From positions 48,920,001 through 48,984,000 of the forward strand of contig OZ076413.1 of assembly GCA_964187785.1 (NCBI GenBank): a stretch of 64,000 nt of DNA, read 5' to 3'. Shown here one piece after another: positions 45,793 to 57,945 of the stretch. The notes below the pieces were generated by a model, which was not told where the DNA came from, did not search any database, and was given only the letters and a program-made list of their open reading frames with translations. The stretch is from Amphiscolops sp. MND2022 (taxonomy: Eukaryota). A program made the translations under genes and the position numbers. Position 1 is the first letter of the stretch; each line of letters starts with the position of its first letter.

Positions 45793-46764
45793 AACAAGAC
45801 GAGAACGTCTAAAGTCGGCTCTATATCTAAGGCTCAAAAAGCGCAAAACATTTTTTTGATTTTTTCATTCGGAAAATGTCGCATAGTGCCGAAAAATGCA
45901 AAAGGGGGGCCCTTTGAGATTTATTAACATACGTTCTGTTGCAAAATATCAAAAAACTCGAAGGGGGACTCTTTTGAGACAATGAAAAATTTTCGAAAAA
46001 AAAGTCGCACAGTGCCGAAAAAAATCGAAAGGGGGGACCCTTTAGTCTCGTCCGGTTTTGTAGGCTACGTTAAAAAAAGTAAAAATGAAAGGGGGACCCT
46101 TTGCACTAAATTTGCATTGGCCGGACTTGGCCTTAGTAGTTTTAGTAGTTTCTGTAAAAAGTGGTACACGATGAGGTCTGTGGTCTGACGAAAAAGAAAA
46201 AAAACTAGCCGCTGTAATAGTCGGGCTCTTTTCACTAAAAAAGCGCCGACTAAAAATAAGCCAGGACCGGCCCGAGTTGGCGCCATATCTAAGGCTAAAA
46301 AACTGCAAAAGGAATTCAAAGTGTCAAAGTATTCTCTTCTAAAGTACCTGAAAAACCCAAAAAGTTGGACCGCATTGGCCCGCCGGGGGGACCCTTTCGC
46401 ATTTTTCAACATCCATTCTGTCGCAAAACATCAAAAATTTGAAGGGGACCCTTTGGTGAAATGTTTATTTTCGAAAAAACTCACAATGCCGGAAAAACTG
46501 TAAGGGTAGACCCTCAAGTCTCTCCCGGTATTGTATGTTACGCGGAAAAAGATGAAAAACCTATTTTGTTCAATTCGCTAAGCCAAATGATTCGATTTGG
46601 GACCATAAAATTTCGTAGAACTTTTAAGAACTATTTTGGTCAGTTCGTGTGAATTGAAAAAAGTCTTTATAATAGTCGCGTTTTACTTCATGAAGCGCCG
46701 ACTAAAAAAGGTCACTGTAAGAGTCGGGCATTTTTTCTCAGAAGGAAAAAGCGCCGAGTAAAAA
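45793..46764 (-). mobile_element. Tandem Helentron/DINE-1-like elements of two subfamilies plus an extra terminus
   Basis: Copy 45793-46256 (AGACG hairpin type), copy ~46256-46708 (GCC hairpin type), and a duplicated terminus at 46711-46764. Confidence 0.65.
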
Positions 46765-49700
46765 GAGGGAATCGAAGCATTATGTCTGATCTTTGAATAA
46801 TATTTGACACTTCAAATATTTTACATCCTTGAATTTACTGTATGGTGTATATGCAGACAGTATGATACTATATGTAGTTTGTACAGTATATATAGTTTGT
46901 AGAGTTCTATAAAGTTAAGCATTGTTTTCTTTGCCGTATACTTAAAACTATGTCACCACCTTGCCTTTCCACTACGAAAGTGATATCATAGGACCCCTCT
47001 GAATTTTTATCACTAAGACCTTAGAATGAAAGTTTTGAGTCAAAATTTTGACTCAAAACGTTTTTTCTTAAGGGTTCCCTTGGAATTTTTGAGGTTGTGT
47101 TATCTCTCAAACAATGTCCAGAGCGAGCCTTGAATTCTTTTTTGGTTTTTAAAAACTTTATTGAGCTAATTGGGCGTCGAAAATGAAGAACTCACTGTGG
47201 CGTTCCCGGATTGTTTTCATTGAAATACTGTCGCTTTGTGACTCTGCGATAAGTGTTTAAAATGGCCATCAGATAACGTAACATTTTTCGAAGATTTTTT
47301 GTTTTGTAACATTTCCGGAACAGGATTTTTTGAAGAATAGAACAAGTGAACGTTCTAGGTGTCATTTCCGTTCCTTTGTGTCATGAAATTGATGCAATTT
47401 CTTCTTGAAAAGAGAATGTCAGTCTACAACGGATGAAACAAGAGGTCTTTCATATGTCTGAAAAAATGTTTTGCGCTCAAAATGGACTGTATCCGGTTTT
47501 TAATGTATCTATCGGCTCTCAACTTTTTGAATGACTCAGATGCCGGCGATATGATTGCACCACCAATCTATTTTTAGGTAACGTGGAAAATGTGCGTGGA
47601 AAATTTCATAATTCGGGTTTTCTCTAATTGCAGCGCCCAATTTAATGGTTCAACCAGGCATATAATCAAGGGCTCCAAATAAATCGAGGGAATAAAAAGC
47701 AGGGGAGGTGTTGTGTATTTAGGATTGCAAGTGACACATATCCGTAGAAATCCGCGAAATGTTTTGGGCGAGAGGCTATATTGAAATGTAACCGTTTCAA
47801 ATTTTTGTTTCAAGTCCCCAGCTTTTCTGTTTAATCTTCTCGCAGCTTTCAATTTGTTTGTACTTTGTTTAAAATCCTAGTGTCGTTGTCTATTTTTGCT
47901 GTCTCTTTTATCCCCCTTATTTGATTATGCCTGTAGCTTTTGAAGAATTTCGAGGGATAATCTGTTGACAAAGACTAGGTAATTGTTTATCGCATGGTGT
48001 CGGTCTTATTTACATTGCTAACCTCCAAATCTTTTCCCCCGCAACTCTAAACAATTTCGCAATTACTAGCTCCCAAATACTTGTTTACCTGAAATAGCTG
48101 CTGCTTCGTTGCAATAACAGCGTGCCACCAACATTTCACGAGATATAACTTTTGATCAAAATCGCTTTTTCAAGACTATACAACCGCGAGCCAATTAATA
48201 TCGAATGCGAATGTCACTATATAGGGCCATAGGCAAGTACAGCACAGTGCCCGCCGCACTGTTTGATCGTTATTGCTACTTCTTGTTGTTACTTACTCTT
48301 TGAAGCCGTATTTAGTCTCCCTCGAATTTGAGGCCTGTCAAAATTACGCCCCAGGTTGTTCACACCAGCGACGACATTTCGAAATATTTTCCCACTCGTT
48401 CAAGTTTTCCAAGTGCCTGGCAACTAAATGTCAATAAGCAGTGACCATGAGAAGCAACCGGTTTCTCTGTGATTGCAACCATTAGGTTGAAATAAGTGGA
48501 ATTGTGGTCTTGAAGTATTAGAAAAGCTTTTATCAGTATCATATGTCTATCATCTGTATTTTGGGAAAGTAAAATTTATGGACGTGATCATTCGTATGAT
48601 GGTTCGTGCAGGTTGCTGGAACCTTCCATAATTCGCTCAGCCAAACTATGGACAGTTAGGCTAACGCTTGCTTGACTGAATTTTTGTGGGTTTTTCGATT
48701 GCAGCTTTTCATATTTCATATCCAAATTAAGGAGTAGCGCCACTGTTTTTTCTACATGGACTCAACGACGCCGCAACTGTCGAAGTTGTCACAATAGCCC
48801 GGCTTAGATGACTGCGGAGTCTCTTCTGAAATGGAAATAGTCTATAACAGTCTGGGTAGAGTATCGCTTTGGTGACATCTTGAAATTTTCTGGTGGTACT
48901 TAATTTCTTGAACCCTCAGAATGTTGTCGAGAAGTTGCCTTGCTTGTTTGTGAACTGATTTTTTGTTAGGTTGTTGATTTTTAAACTCGCTTTAGGCGCA
49001 AAAGCTGTCCTTTGCGATCTGGCTTTGTCAGCTCCAGCAGAAAGAAGTTTTCTAATCTTATGCCGGTTTCCTAAGTTTCACGGTAGAGAAATATGACTTG
49101 TCACTGAAAGTCTTCAAAAAGATTGGATATTGTCGTGTAATGTAAACTGAATATATATTCTCTTATAAGAAGAATTTGTGAGCAATCGTATAGAATCCCA
49201 GAATTAAGTTTTTCATTTGTTCATCACTGCTCATGTCACTGAAACCAATAATCATGCCCTAAGCGGACTATAGTGAATTGAAGGTCATCTATAATTTGTG
49301 TGAATTCCGTTTTTTTTTCTACCTATTGTGCATTTTACCCGTCACTCTTCCCTTAACCACACTGGTTATTTCCACAGCTATTATGAATATAACTTATATT
49401 GCGCTAATCTAAGCAGTAATCTTGTTACAGCAGGCATCTAATTGAAGTGTTTGTTGGAAACAATTGTTTATGGATCTGAAAAGTTTTTGTATTCAAGGTC
49501 TTAATTGCTTTGTGACGTTGTCAGCGATTTCCTTTCATCCATCAATCACCCCTATTGTGACTGAAGCTGGATCAGGTGTCCCAACACTCTGGGCCAGCCA
49601 TTCCATGTACCATTTATTGTATCCCCTAAGAGTTCCCCAATATTTGCTTTGCCTCTTGGCAGCTTTCAGACCTCTTTTATGTAAATCCCTACAAATTGTA

Positions 49701-51248
49701 TGGCCGGCTGACCACCGGTGGCACAACTATCAGTAGTGGAGTATGCACCTTGGTCACAAGTGCGCAAAGTGGAGTTTCCCAATTGAAAAGTGTTTGGATG
49801 GCTATTGGTGCTGCTGCTTTCAAACTGTTGGTCTTACTCCTGTTGACCATGCGCTACTTGCAGAGTAGCAGCCAACAGTTGTCCCATACAGTTATAGATG
49901 TCGAAGAAAGCCACACACTAAGCTGCCTCCGCCACCGTCACTCAATTGTGATTGTGTGCAGGTGACGTTTCAATTATTCACGCCGCCCGTCCAAGTAGTC
50001 ATTGACGAATTATAGCAGCCACCAACTGACCAAAATTCCAACAGTCCTCTTCCAAATTCACAATGCCAAGTCATTTCCAACTTCAACTATAAGTGACGTC
50101 ACACCTTTCAAATTTTGACACAAACGCCATGCCACAACTTCTCTTTTCTCCACAAAGTGCAATTCTTCTAAATTCGGCTTGGCTCTTCCATACATGTTTT
50201 TCAAGTACATCTTCAAAATGCGTTTTAGTTTTAAAATACATTATCACAGATATGTATATATAGGTGTAAATGTTGATGCATCTCTCATATGCCATAGGTT
50301 TATGCCACGAAAATGTTTACAAAAAGGTGCCATGACAATGATTTCATCGGACATGCTTTTGTTTTTTTTTGTGGTCGACAGTTTTAGTTGATAGTCGCCG
50401 TTCTGTTCTACTTGAAGTATCTATCCATCTTCTGCGGAGGCTTTTGTTCTCATTTGAATACCTCAAACCTGAAGTCAATGGAATTGAAGACGGCTTCAAA
50501 TCAATTTTGTCGCAGTTCTTTAGCGACCCACTTGCCAGTCTAGCCCTAGTCCCACCCTTTTATTAGCCACCCCTTTGCTTGATGACTATATCATAGTTCT
50601 TCATCATATCTGTCTTGAGAATTTCCCAAAAAGTCTAGCGCGGAATCGTCCATACTCACAACTTAGCTTTTCAAATCTGGGCTCGTTTATGGTTCGTTCC
50701 AGTTTTTCTTCGGCACATTTTGAGAAATTATATTAATATTATACAAAAGATTTGTATATATTATATACATTATAAAAACTAGATTTTTCTTCAGACTACA
50801 AAATGTATCTGAGGGTCTCTTTAAGAGACCTTTTGCCTGAGATCTGAAGATCATCCAGATGGTCCTTACTTTGAGAGGGAGCAGGAATAACGCCTAATGG
50901 ATAAACTCTAAAGCCAAGTCATGCTCAGTTGAAATTTTTTCAGCACAAAGGATTTTGTTGGCACTAGTTGATTGTTCACACTGTTGTTAGCCCCTGAGCA
51001 TGCTTTTCGGCATTGTGCGACTTTCATTGATTTCTGCTTGTGGATATTTTACGACGTTCTCAGATCTGTGAGAACTTCATGATTGCCCCTGAGCATATTT
51101 AGGAGACCTAGGTTTTTTGGGCTTTGAGCGTGCGCCGACTTGGACCGCTCACCGTTTGTTTCATTTCGAGTAATAATTTGTTTAGCTTTATCAATAATTT
51201 CTTAGTGTTCCTACGCCGGGCTCATTTTTATTCATGTTTATTGTTCAG

Positions 51249-51433
51249 AATTCTCCGGCGGCAACCCTCAGCTGGATGGCACTGCTGGCGAAGGCATTGG
51301 TATTGGCATGACGTCATCCGAGAGCACCCTTTCCATGCTGAACAGAAGAGTGCACGAGTACAAGGTGGCTGCTCAGCTGGCCAATAAACAGGGAGACAAG
51401 CCATCAGCACTCAACTACGTCAGAGTCATCAAG
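51249..51433 (+). CDS. CC2D1: CC2D1/Lgd exon, N-half of DM14-2 (LNRRVHEYKVAAQLANKQGDKPSALNYVRVIK)
   Basis: ttcag acceptor phase 1, AAG|gt donor phase 0, DM14 consensus. Confidence 0.87.
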
Positions 51434-51816
51434 GTCTCTTTTCATTTCCATTTCTTCCATTGTTCCGAGCTAGTTTTACCTGCAAAAAGCTACGTTAAAG
51501 TGCTATTGACTCTCACTTCTTCGGTTTGTATCGTCTTCTGTGTGTTTACTCGGAAATATCGGTATAAAAGACTTGTAAAACGAGAAAAATTTGAAAACTG
51601 CATATTTTTGGATCTGATTTTGTGTCTGATTTCATACGTTTTTGGCGAGCCATTTTTCCTCGCTAAAAGATGCGCAATTTTAGTCCGACAAAGGATCAGA
51701 TTGATATATAATCGGATGCAATTCATAGACAATAATAAATCAATTTGATAAATCTTGTTAGCAATCACTAATCAAGCCAATGTTTCTTTGAATGTTAATG
51801 AAGTTTATTTTTGCAG

Positions 51817-51964
51817 GGATTCCAGGAAGTAATAGCTGCTGTGGAGAGTGGGAAACAAGTGGATGTGTCCAACCTGCCTGGTCCCCCTCCCATCACCAAC
51901 GGGCCAAACTCAGCTGCATTTGTCTCCCTGTCCGGGGGGCAACAGATATCCGGAGACAACTCCA
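51817..51964 (+). CDS. CC2D1: CC2D1/Lgd exon, C-half of DM14-2 (GFQEVIAAVESGKQVDVSNLPGPP)
   Basis: ttgcag acceptor phase 0. The A|gtttgt donor (phase 1) matches the next exon. Confidence 0.85.
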
Positions 51965-53839
51965 GTTTGTACAATGTCATACCCTACTCTACTCCATTAC
52001 CCTACTTTTCCATTGCATGTTGAATCGTAACTATTGAAACTGTCTATTGAAATTTAGAAAATAATGGAATTGCAGGTTATGGAGAAGTTGGATTCTCCAT
52101 TCCAAGAGACATCAGTTTATAGCACTCCAACTCTTTCAAAGAACGATGAGAACCATGGTTGAAACTTTTCGACAGCTTTTCTTCTACTTCTACAAATTCG
52201 GTTCAAATTTTTCCTCAATGAAAGATCTACTTTTTAAAGCATGTACTTAATATAGTATGCAGCACGTACCAATAACTCATTATTATTTTACATTCTATTA
52301 AGGTTTCCACTGCCGTGTTTTATTTTCCTTTCTGTTTCTGAAAGTATATTTTTGCTAACGCCATAGTGTAGTCTTGTTTTTCTGTCGGTTTGCTTGTAGA
52401 GTATTACTGCATTCAAATTGTGTTTTTCTCATAAATACTGTTGAAATTTATTAATACAATTGGAAGCTGTTACATGCTTACACAAGAGCTCCACCGGTTT
52501 CTACATTTTTCCGTTTGCTGCGCTTAAACCAGTTTTTTGTTTTGCACTTTTTTTGCTAAATTTTTACATCGTTCATTATGAAGCGAGCACTTTGTAGTGA
52601 GTCTGCTTAAGAAAGAAATGGTGGTAACAAGAAATTGTCTTTAAAAATTTCTCATCGTCCAAATTCCTCTGTACACGATTCCTTTCTCGTTTTGATTGTG
52701 TGTTGAGAATTGATTACCTTTTATCCATTGTTCTCTTACGGAAAGCCACTTTTTACAACTAACTTTTAAATTTATTTGACCATTGACTGACGCAAAAGAT
52801 ATATTGGTGTCCGAAAGGTACAGTGCTTTTTACATGGCGTCTATATGCAGTAGAAATCTTGAGAAACATTTAACTATTTTTAGTTTTGAATGCAAACGAT
52901 GTTGTCGATATTTCTCCAGTTGGCGAATCGGCTAATGTAAAATTACCATTCAAAACAGTGGTGAACTTAATCTAGAAACTCCAACTACATTTCTTGCATA
53001 TTGGACGTCATCGCAAAATCAAATCAACATGAACTATATTTTGAATATTGAAAATTGTTTTTTTCTATATTGCAACAATTTTTCAAGGTTGTTGTATGAA
53101 ATAGTAAATTCCTTCGTGTATCGAGTTTTTATTGTAGCTTATGTTAGTAAAACATGAATTTCAATTTTTGTCTGCACCGAACATTTCGTGAAATATCTAA
53201 CAATCCTATTTTGTCCGGATACATTGTCCCGTTTGCCAAATTTATTATACCAACTTTAGAGGATCTGATTAAATAAGTCAAGAACATCCAGGCTGGGAAC
53301 GGGTTTTGATCATGTGCCATCAACTGTCAAGCCTATACTAGATTAAGAGCAGAGAGCTACTTACTGAAAATGGTTCGACAATTTCTACCGTCAAAAGTAT
53401 GAGGTCCTTGTCCTATCTATGTTAACATTGTGTTGCTACAATGAAAACTGATTGTCGTATTTTTCCAATAAAATTTTCAAAATCTTATTCGACAGACGCA
53501 ATTTACAACATGAATAGCGTTTCCATGTAGGTTTCGTCCAGAACTTACGTTCATCTGAAGATAAAAAGTCTACAGTAAGGGTGTGATGCGCTCTTTTATT
53601 CAATACACCAAAAAGTCAAGTCTCAAGAGACATTAAAAATGTCGTTTTCGCGTCCGTGACTAACTATTGTTGCAGGATTTTTAATGCATGTTCCAGTTGC
53701 AAGCGTAAATGGCCCAAACTGTTCAACGTTGAATGTCTGTTCAACATAAACCCTTGATTGTCCATTGCTTTGTCTTTGTGATGAGTAACAGTGCTGCTTT
53801 GCTGTAAAAGCTGATGGGTTTGCCCTTTGTGCTAAATTC

Positions 53840-53908
53840 TTCTCGCAAGTGGTATTTCGTCGCTCAGGGGGTCACCTGAAAATGAGCGACGAAATGCACT
53901 TGCGAGAA
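53840..53908. repeat. Intronic inverted repeat/hairpin
   Basis: ttctcgcaagtg-gt-atttcgtcgctca pairs with tgagcgacgaaat-g-cacttgcgagaa across a 16-nt loop. Weaker pairing extends to about 53800-53945. Confidence 0.8.
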
Positions 53909-54261
53909 ATGATGGCACACGAAATTGACCTTCAGCATTTAACGCATTTCGGAATGTTCCGTATTTTTTACTAACTTCGCTTGTTTGACTGTATGAGCTA
54001 TTTCAATTGACTGGAAGATGTAGGTTTCGTCCATGTGGCAAATGTATTGTTATGATGGTGTATTTTGATGTTGAACTCATAGAATCTTCTAAAAATTCAA
54101 CTTTACATGTATTTCTTATTATCGAGATTGAATTTGATTGCTTGGATTTCTGAGCTGAGTTCCATATAAATTCTACAGCCAAGTGTGTTGATATGCATAC
54201 CGTACTTTTTGAATCACTTTAAACGCACAGTAGTTGTATTAATTGCTGGTTTTGATGGCAG

Positions 54262-54647
54262 GTATTGGGTCGAACAACAGTGACAACTTCAACTCGCCAG
54301 CTCATCAGCCGGGGGGAGTGCAGCAGCAGCAGCAACAGATGTCTAAACCCAACATCACTCCCTCTCATCACTCTTCACTCCATCAGCAACAAGCCAACCT
54401 GTCCACCGCGCCTTCTTCCTCCTCTACTTCCAGTGCAAACAATGTGCCCTGCTCTCCCATCCCCCTCAACGCCCCGCCGGACCAGCACGTACAGTCACCC
54501 TCCTTGGCAGGCATGCAGCAACAGACGGGGGGCGATGAGAACCTGGAAGCGCTGATTGTGAGGATGAATGTGTACAAGGAGACCAGTGAGAGGGCCAAGC
54601 AGCAAGGTGACAGCAGTAAAGCCAGGAGACAGGAACGACTCAAAAAC
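54262..54647 (+). CDS. CC2D1: CC2D1/Lgd exon, Q/S/P linker plus N-half of DM14-3 (LEALIVRMNVYKETSERAKQQGDSSKARRQERLKN)
   Basis: ggcag acceptor phase 1, AAC|gtgagt donor, strong DM14 consensus. Confidence 0.9.
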
Positions 54648-54998
54648 GTGAGTACTTGCTTTATTGTTTAATGCTGGTTTGAGTATAGTTGCTGATACTT
54701 CAAACAGTCTTTTAATTTATAGTTTCCCACTGATTTTTTCATTCAACGCTTTGATGTGAAACATTTTTTTAAAAAAAGTAACCAAAATTAACTTCGCCTA
54801 TAAACAGTTTTTTATAATTTTTTTAAATAGCTGTTCAACATTCTGCATATTAAAAAATCCAAAATCAGTTTGTAGTATGGATTTATCTATAGAAAAGGCT
54901 ATAACTCTGAGCTACTTGATGCAATAATTTTTCCACGATTTTAGAAATTGAGTTTAATAGGTAGTTGAATTCTTCCAAGGCTTGACTTGTTGTTTCAG

Positions 54999-55290
54999 CA
55001 ATACATGGATGCAATTCGAGCATACAAAGCTAACAGACCAGTGGCGTGGGACAATCTTGTCAATCCTTACGGTTACCCACCCCTACCCAACACTGCCGCA
55101 GCTGCCGCCCAAGCAGCCGCTGCTGCCTCTGGCGGGGGTCCAGGGGCTTCTATGGGAGGACCGGGTGTAGCCTCCAACGATTACGACCCCATTGCTTCTC
55201 TTCTGAACGCCGCTGTCGAACAAATACAAGGTTCCTCCGTCAGTCCAGAAGCTGTGGCAAACAACACCCTCGATGCTGGATTTGGTCAAC
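54999..55290 (+). CDS. CC2D1: CC2D1/Lgd exon, C-half of DM14-3 (QYMDAIRAYKANRPVAWDNLVNPYGYPPLP)
   Basis: tttcag acceptor and C|gtaagt donor. Matches the QYxDAIRAxKAxRxV...PxGxPP signature of CC2D1A/B. Confidence 0.92.
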
Positions 55291-55672
55291 GTAAGTAAAC
55301 AGATATCATATTGTTGATATTGGCATTACTGAAAATCGATCTTGAATATTGAATGTCTCAAATTTTTAAAAGGTTCTTGTTTCTCCTTCGTTTCTTGCAA
55401 TTTATCTTGTAATTGGACGGTAAATTGTAAGAAGCAATGAAGTGCGTTGCAGTTTTCATTCCACCGTTTGTGTTTTACTAAAAGACCAGCTAGGTTTATA
55501 ATACTCATGAATTTGTTGGATTCACATTCGCTCCTTGAAACTTCAAAAGAATCTCTGTGAAAATCTTAATTTTGAGGCTGGTTACTGGCTACCTAAAACT
55601 CGAAAACTCGATTTTTCATAAATTCTTACTGTCATCATCTGGTAGTAAGAAAAATTATTGATGCTACTGTAG

Positions 55673-55891
55673 AAGGAGAGATTGCAGTCAGTGAAGATCA
55701 GCAACCTGTGTCAATCAAGGCTAACACACAGCAGCCCCCACACTCCAGTGTGCCTGCCACCTCCTCTGCAGCCGGTGGTGCTGTGGCTCCTGCTGGTCCA
55801 AGTGGGGTAGCCTCTTCTGCACCCAAGGCATCTACACGACCCCCTCCACCTGTGCCCCCCAATCACCCGTCTGGGAAACTACCCGCAACAA
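55673..55891 (+). CDS. CC2D1: CC2D1/Lgd exon, P/A/S-rich linker (acceptor uncertain: 55646, 55673 or 55688)
   Basis: GC-rich open frame. The phase-1 acceptors and phase-1 donor A|gtaatt fit the flanking exons. Confidence 0.65.
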
Positions 55892-57182
55892 GTAATTACA
55901 AAGTTATCTTCTTAATATCCGTCCTGCACATAAAGACAATATGCGGAAGGCAAATTAAAAGCTCAGAAGCCTTTTCTTCAAAGCTATATGAAATCCAATG
56001 TTCTGCTAATAAGCAAACGCTCGGTTGGTTGAATTCAAAGATGTCGTTCTTGCACTATTGTCTTAGCAGATATAATTTTGTCGGTTTTTTTGTGAAGCAA
56101 AAGAGGTTTATACATTGGCAAAGCCTCAAAGTTCGCGATCTTAAAAGTCCTTTTTTCTTTGATTGACGCTTACCTCCAGAGATACGTTTAGCGCTTCAAG
56201 GCTCAGGAGTTTGATGGGGATTTTAATTCGAGCTTCAGATGTCTATGCAAAAGCTTCAAGGGTGAACGTTTTGTGAAAAATTATAAGTTTCGACTCCATG
56301 CTTTGATATTTTGCATGGGCTTCGGTATTTTGACTCTCTTGGTGTTTTTGATTTTGAAACTTAATTTGATTTTGAAGGCTGTGATATCTGAAAAATTCAA
56401 AAGTGAATTTTGGGGAAAATAATCAATTAAGAATGGTGTCGGTCATACGACATACTAGTAGTCTTTTTCATTGAAGTTACCATACTTCATATCTCAAGAA
56501 CTTTCAATGCAAATTACTCAAAAACAAGTGGAAAAAATAGTTTGTTTTAAACGTTTATTAAAATTTTATTTAGTTTGAGAAGACTTGTTAGAAAATTCTG
56601 AAAAAACCGCAATTTTTGATCTTTTGATTGCTGGAAATTGAACTGTTGTTGGTTTCTCAATTTTTGCAAGATGTCTGGAGTCTGCTGTTCTAGAAGTTTC
56701 CACTTCATACTGTTGACATTTCTAGCGAAAACTTGTTTTTCCGGAAATTCATTTCATTTCACATGTTTTAGGATTAGGTATACAAATTAGGGATTATACT
56801 GAGGATTAAGTCTCCGAGATAGCTGATTTCTCTATGAACTTTGTTTTAGAGAAAAGTGTAGTGTGATGATCAGTAACCTTTAGCTATAATGAAAGCAAAT
56901 TTTGCATCAAGTCTAAACATTCACGTTGTCAAAAGTAGTGGCCCGAAACCAAACTCCGATTTTCATACATGTAATAAGTTTTCAAAACTCGTCCCATATT
57001 GACGGTAAAAATTCCGGATCATGTTCCTTATCCCCAGTACACCTTGTTTTGTATTCCCCCAACACGTGAAAACCTTCAATTTTTTAAAAAAAGTTCGTGC
57101 ACGAATAAAATATTTTATATCGCTGCAAATACTCGGGGATTTTCTCTACAGCTCTTTTACTCTTCCAGCGGAATTACGCTGA

Positions 57183-57838
57183 TTTTTAGTCGGCGCTTTT
57201 GATGAAAAGTGCCCGACTCTTACAGTGGATATTTTTAGTCGGCGCCTTTTCCTTTAAGGAAAAAAGCCCGACTATTACAGTGGCTAGTTTTTTTCTTTTT
57301 TTTTCGTCAGACCACAGAGCTCATCGCGTATGTACCACTTTTTGCAGAAACTGATAAGACTACTCAGGCCAATGGAAACTTACTGCAAAGGGTCCCCCCT
57401 TTCGTTTTTTACCTTTTTTACGTAACCTACAAAACCGGAAGACTCCAAAGGGTCCCCCCTTTCAATTTTTTTTCGGCTCTGTGCGATTTTTTTTTCGAAA
57501 ATTTTTATGTCTCAAAAGAGTCCCCCCTTCGGATTTTTTGATATTTTGCAACAGAAAGTATGTTAATGAATCCCAAAGGGTCCCCTTTTTCATTTTTCGG
57601 CACTATGCGACATTTTCGATGTTTTTTTCAAAAAAATTTTTTTAAAAATTTTCAAATTTTATTTTGTTCCCAGTCGGGAAACAGTGATTTTCCAGTCATA
57701 TCGAGCATGAAAGGCACACTTTGGGTGTCTCGAAAGTGTTTTCAAAGCTTTTCATGAATACGTCCTGAGCATATTTAGAAAACTTTGCGCTTCTTGAGCC
57801 TTAGATATAGCGCCGACTTTAGACGTTCCCGTCTTGTT
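57183..57838 (+). mobile_element. Helentron/DINE-1-like element with doubled 5' terminus
   Basis: tttttagtcggcgc...gcccgact occurs twice (57183, 57232). 3' end gcgccgactttagacgttcccgtcttgtt. Reverse-complement homolog of 40455-41056. Confidence 0.7.
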
Positions 57839-57884
57839 CGTTTTTTAAAGTCAGACCACGTGGCTCACTCTGTATGTGCCACTT

Positions 57885-57945
57885 TTTGGTTTAGAGGTTA
57901 ATCGGTTTAGTTGGAACCCAACGGTCGGGGTTCAAGTCTCTGCTT
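57885..57945 (+). other. Possible tRNA-derived SINE head remnant
   Basis: A-box-like TGGTTTAGAGG and B-box-like GGTTCAAGTCT. No convincing cloverleaf. A similar remnant lies at ~7050-7135. Confidence 0.25.

Noticed and set aside
48300..50700. Slightly GC-richer stretch with short ORFs, possibly a decayed retroelement or gene
   Set aside because: No RT, integrase, gag or other motif could be recognised.
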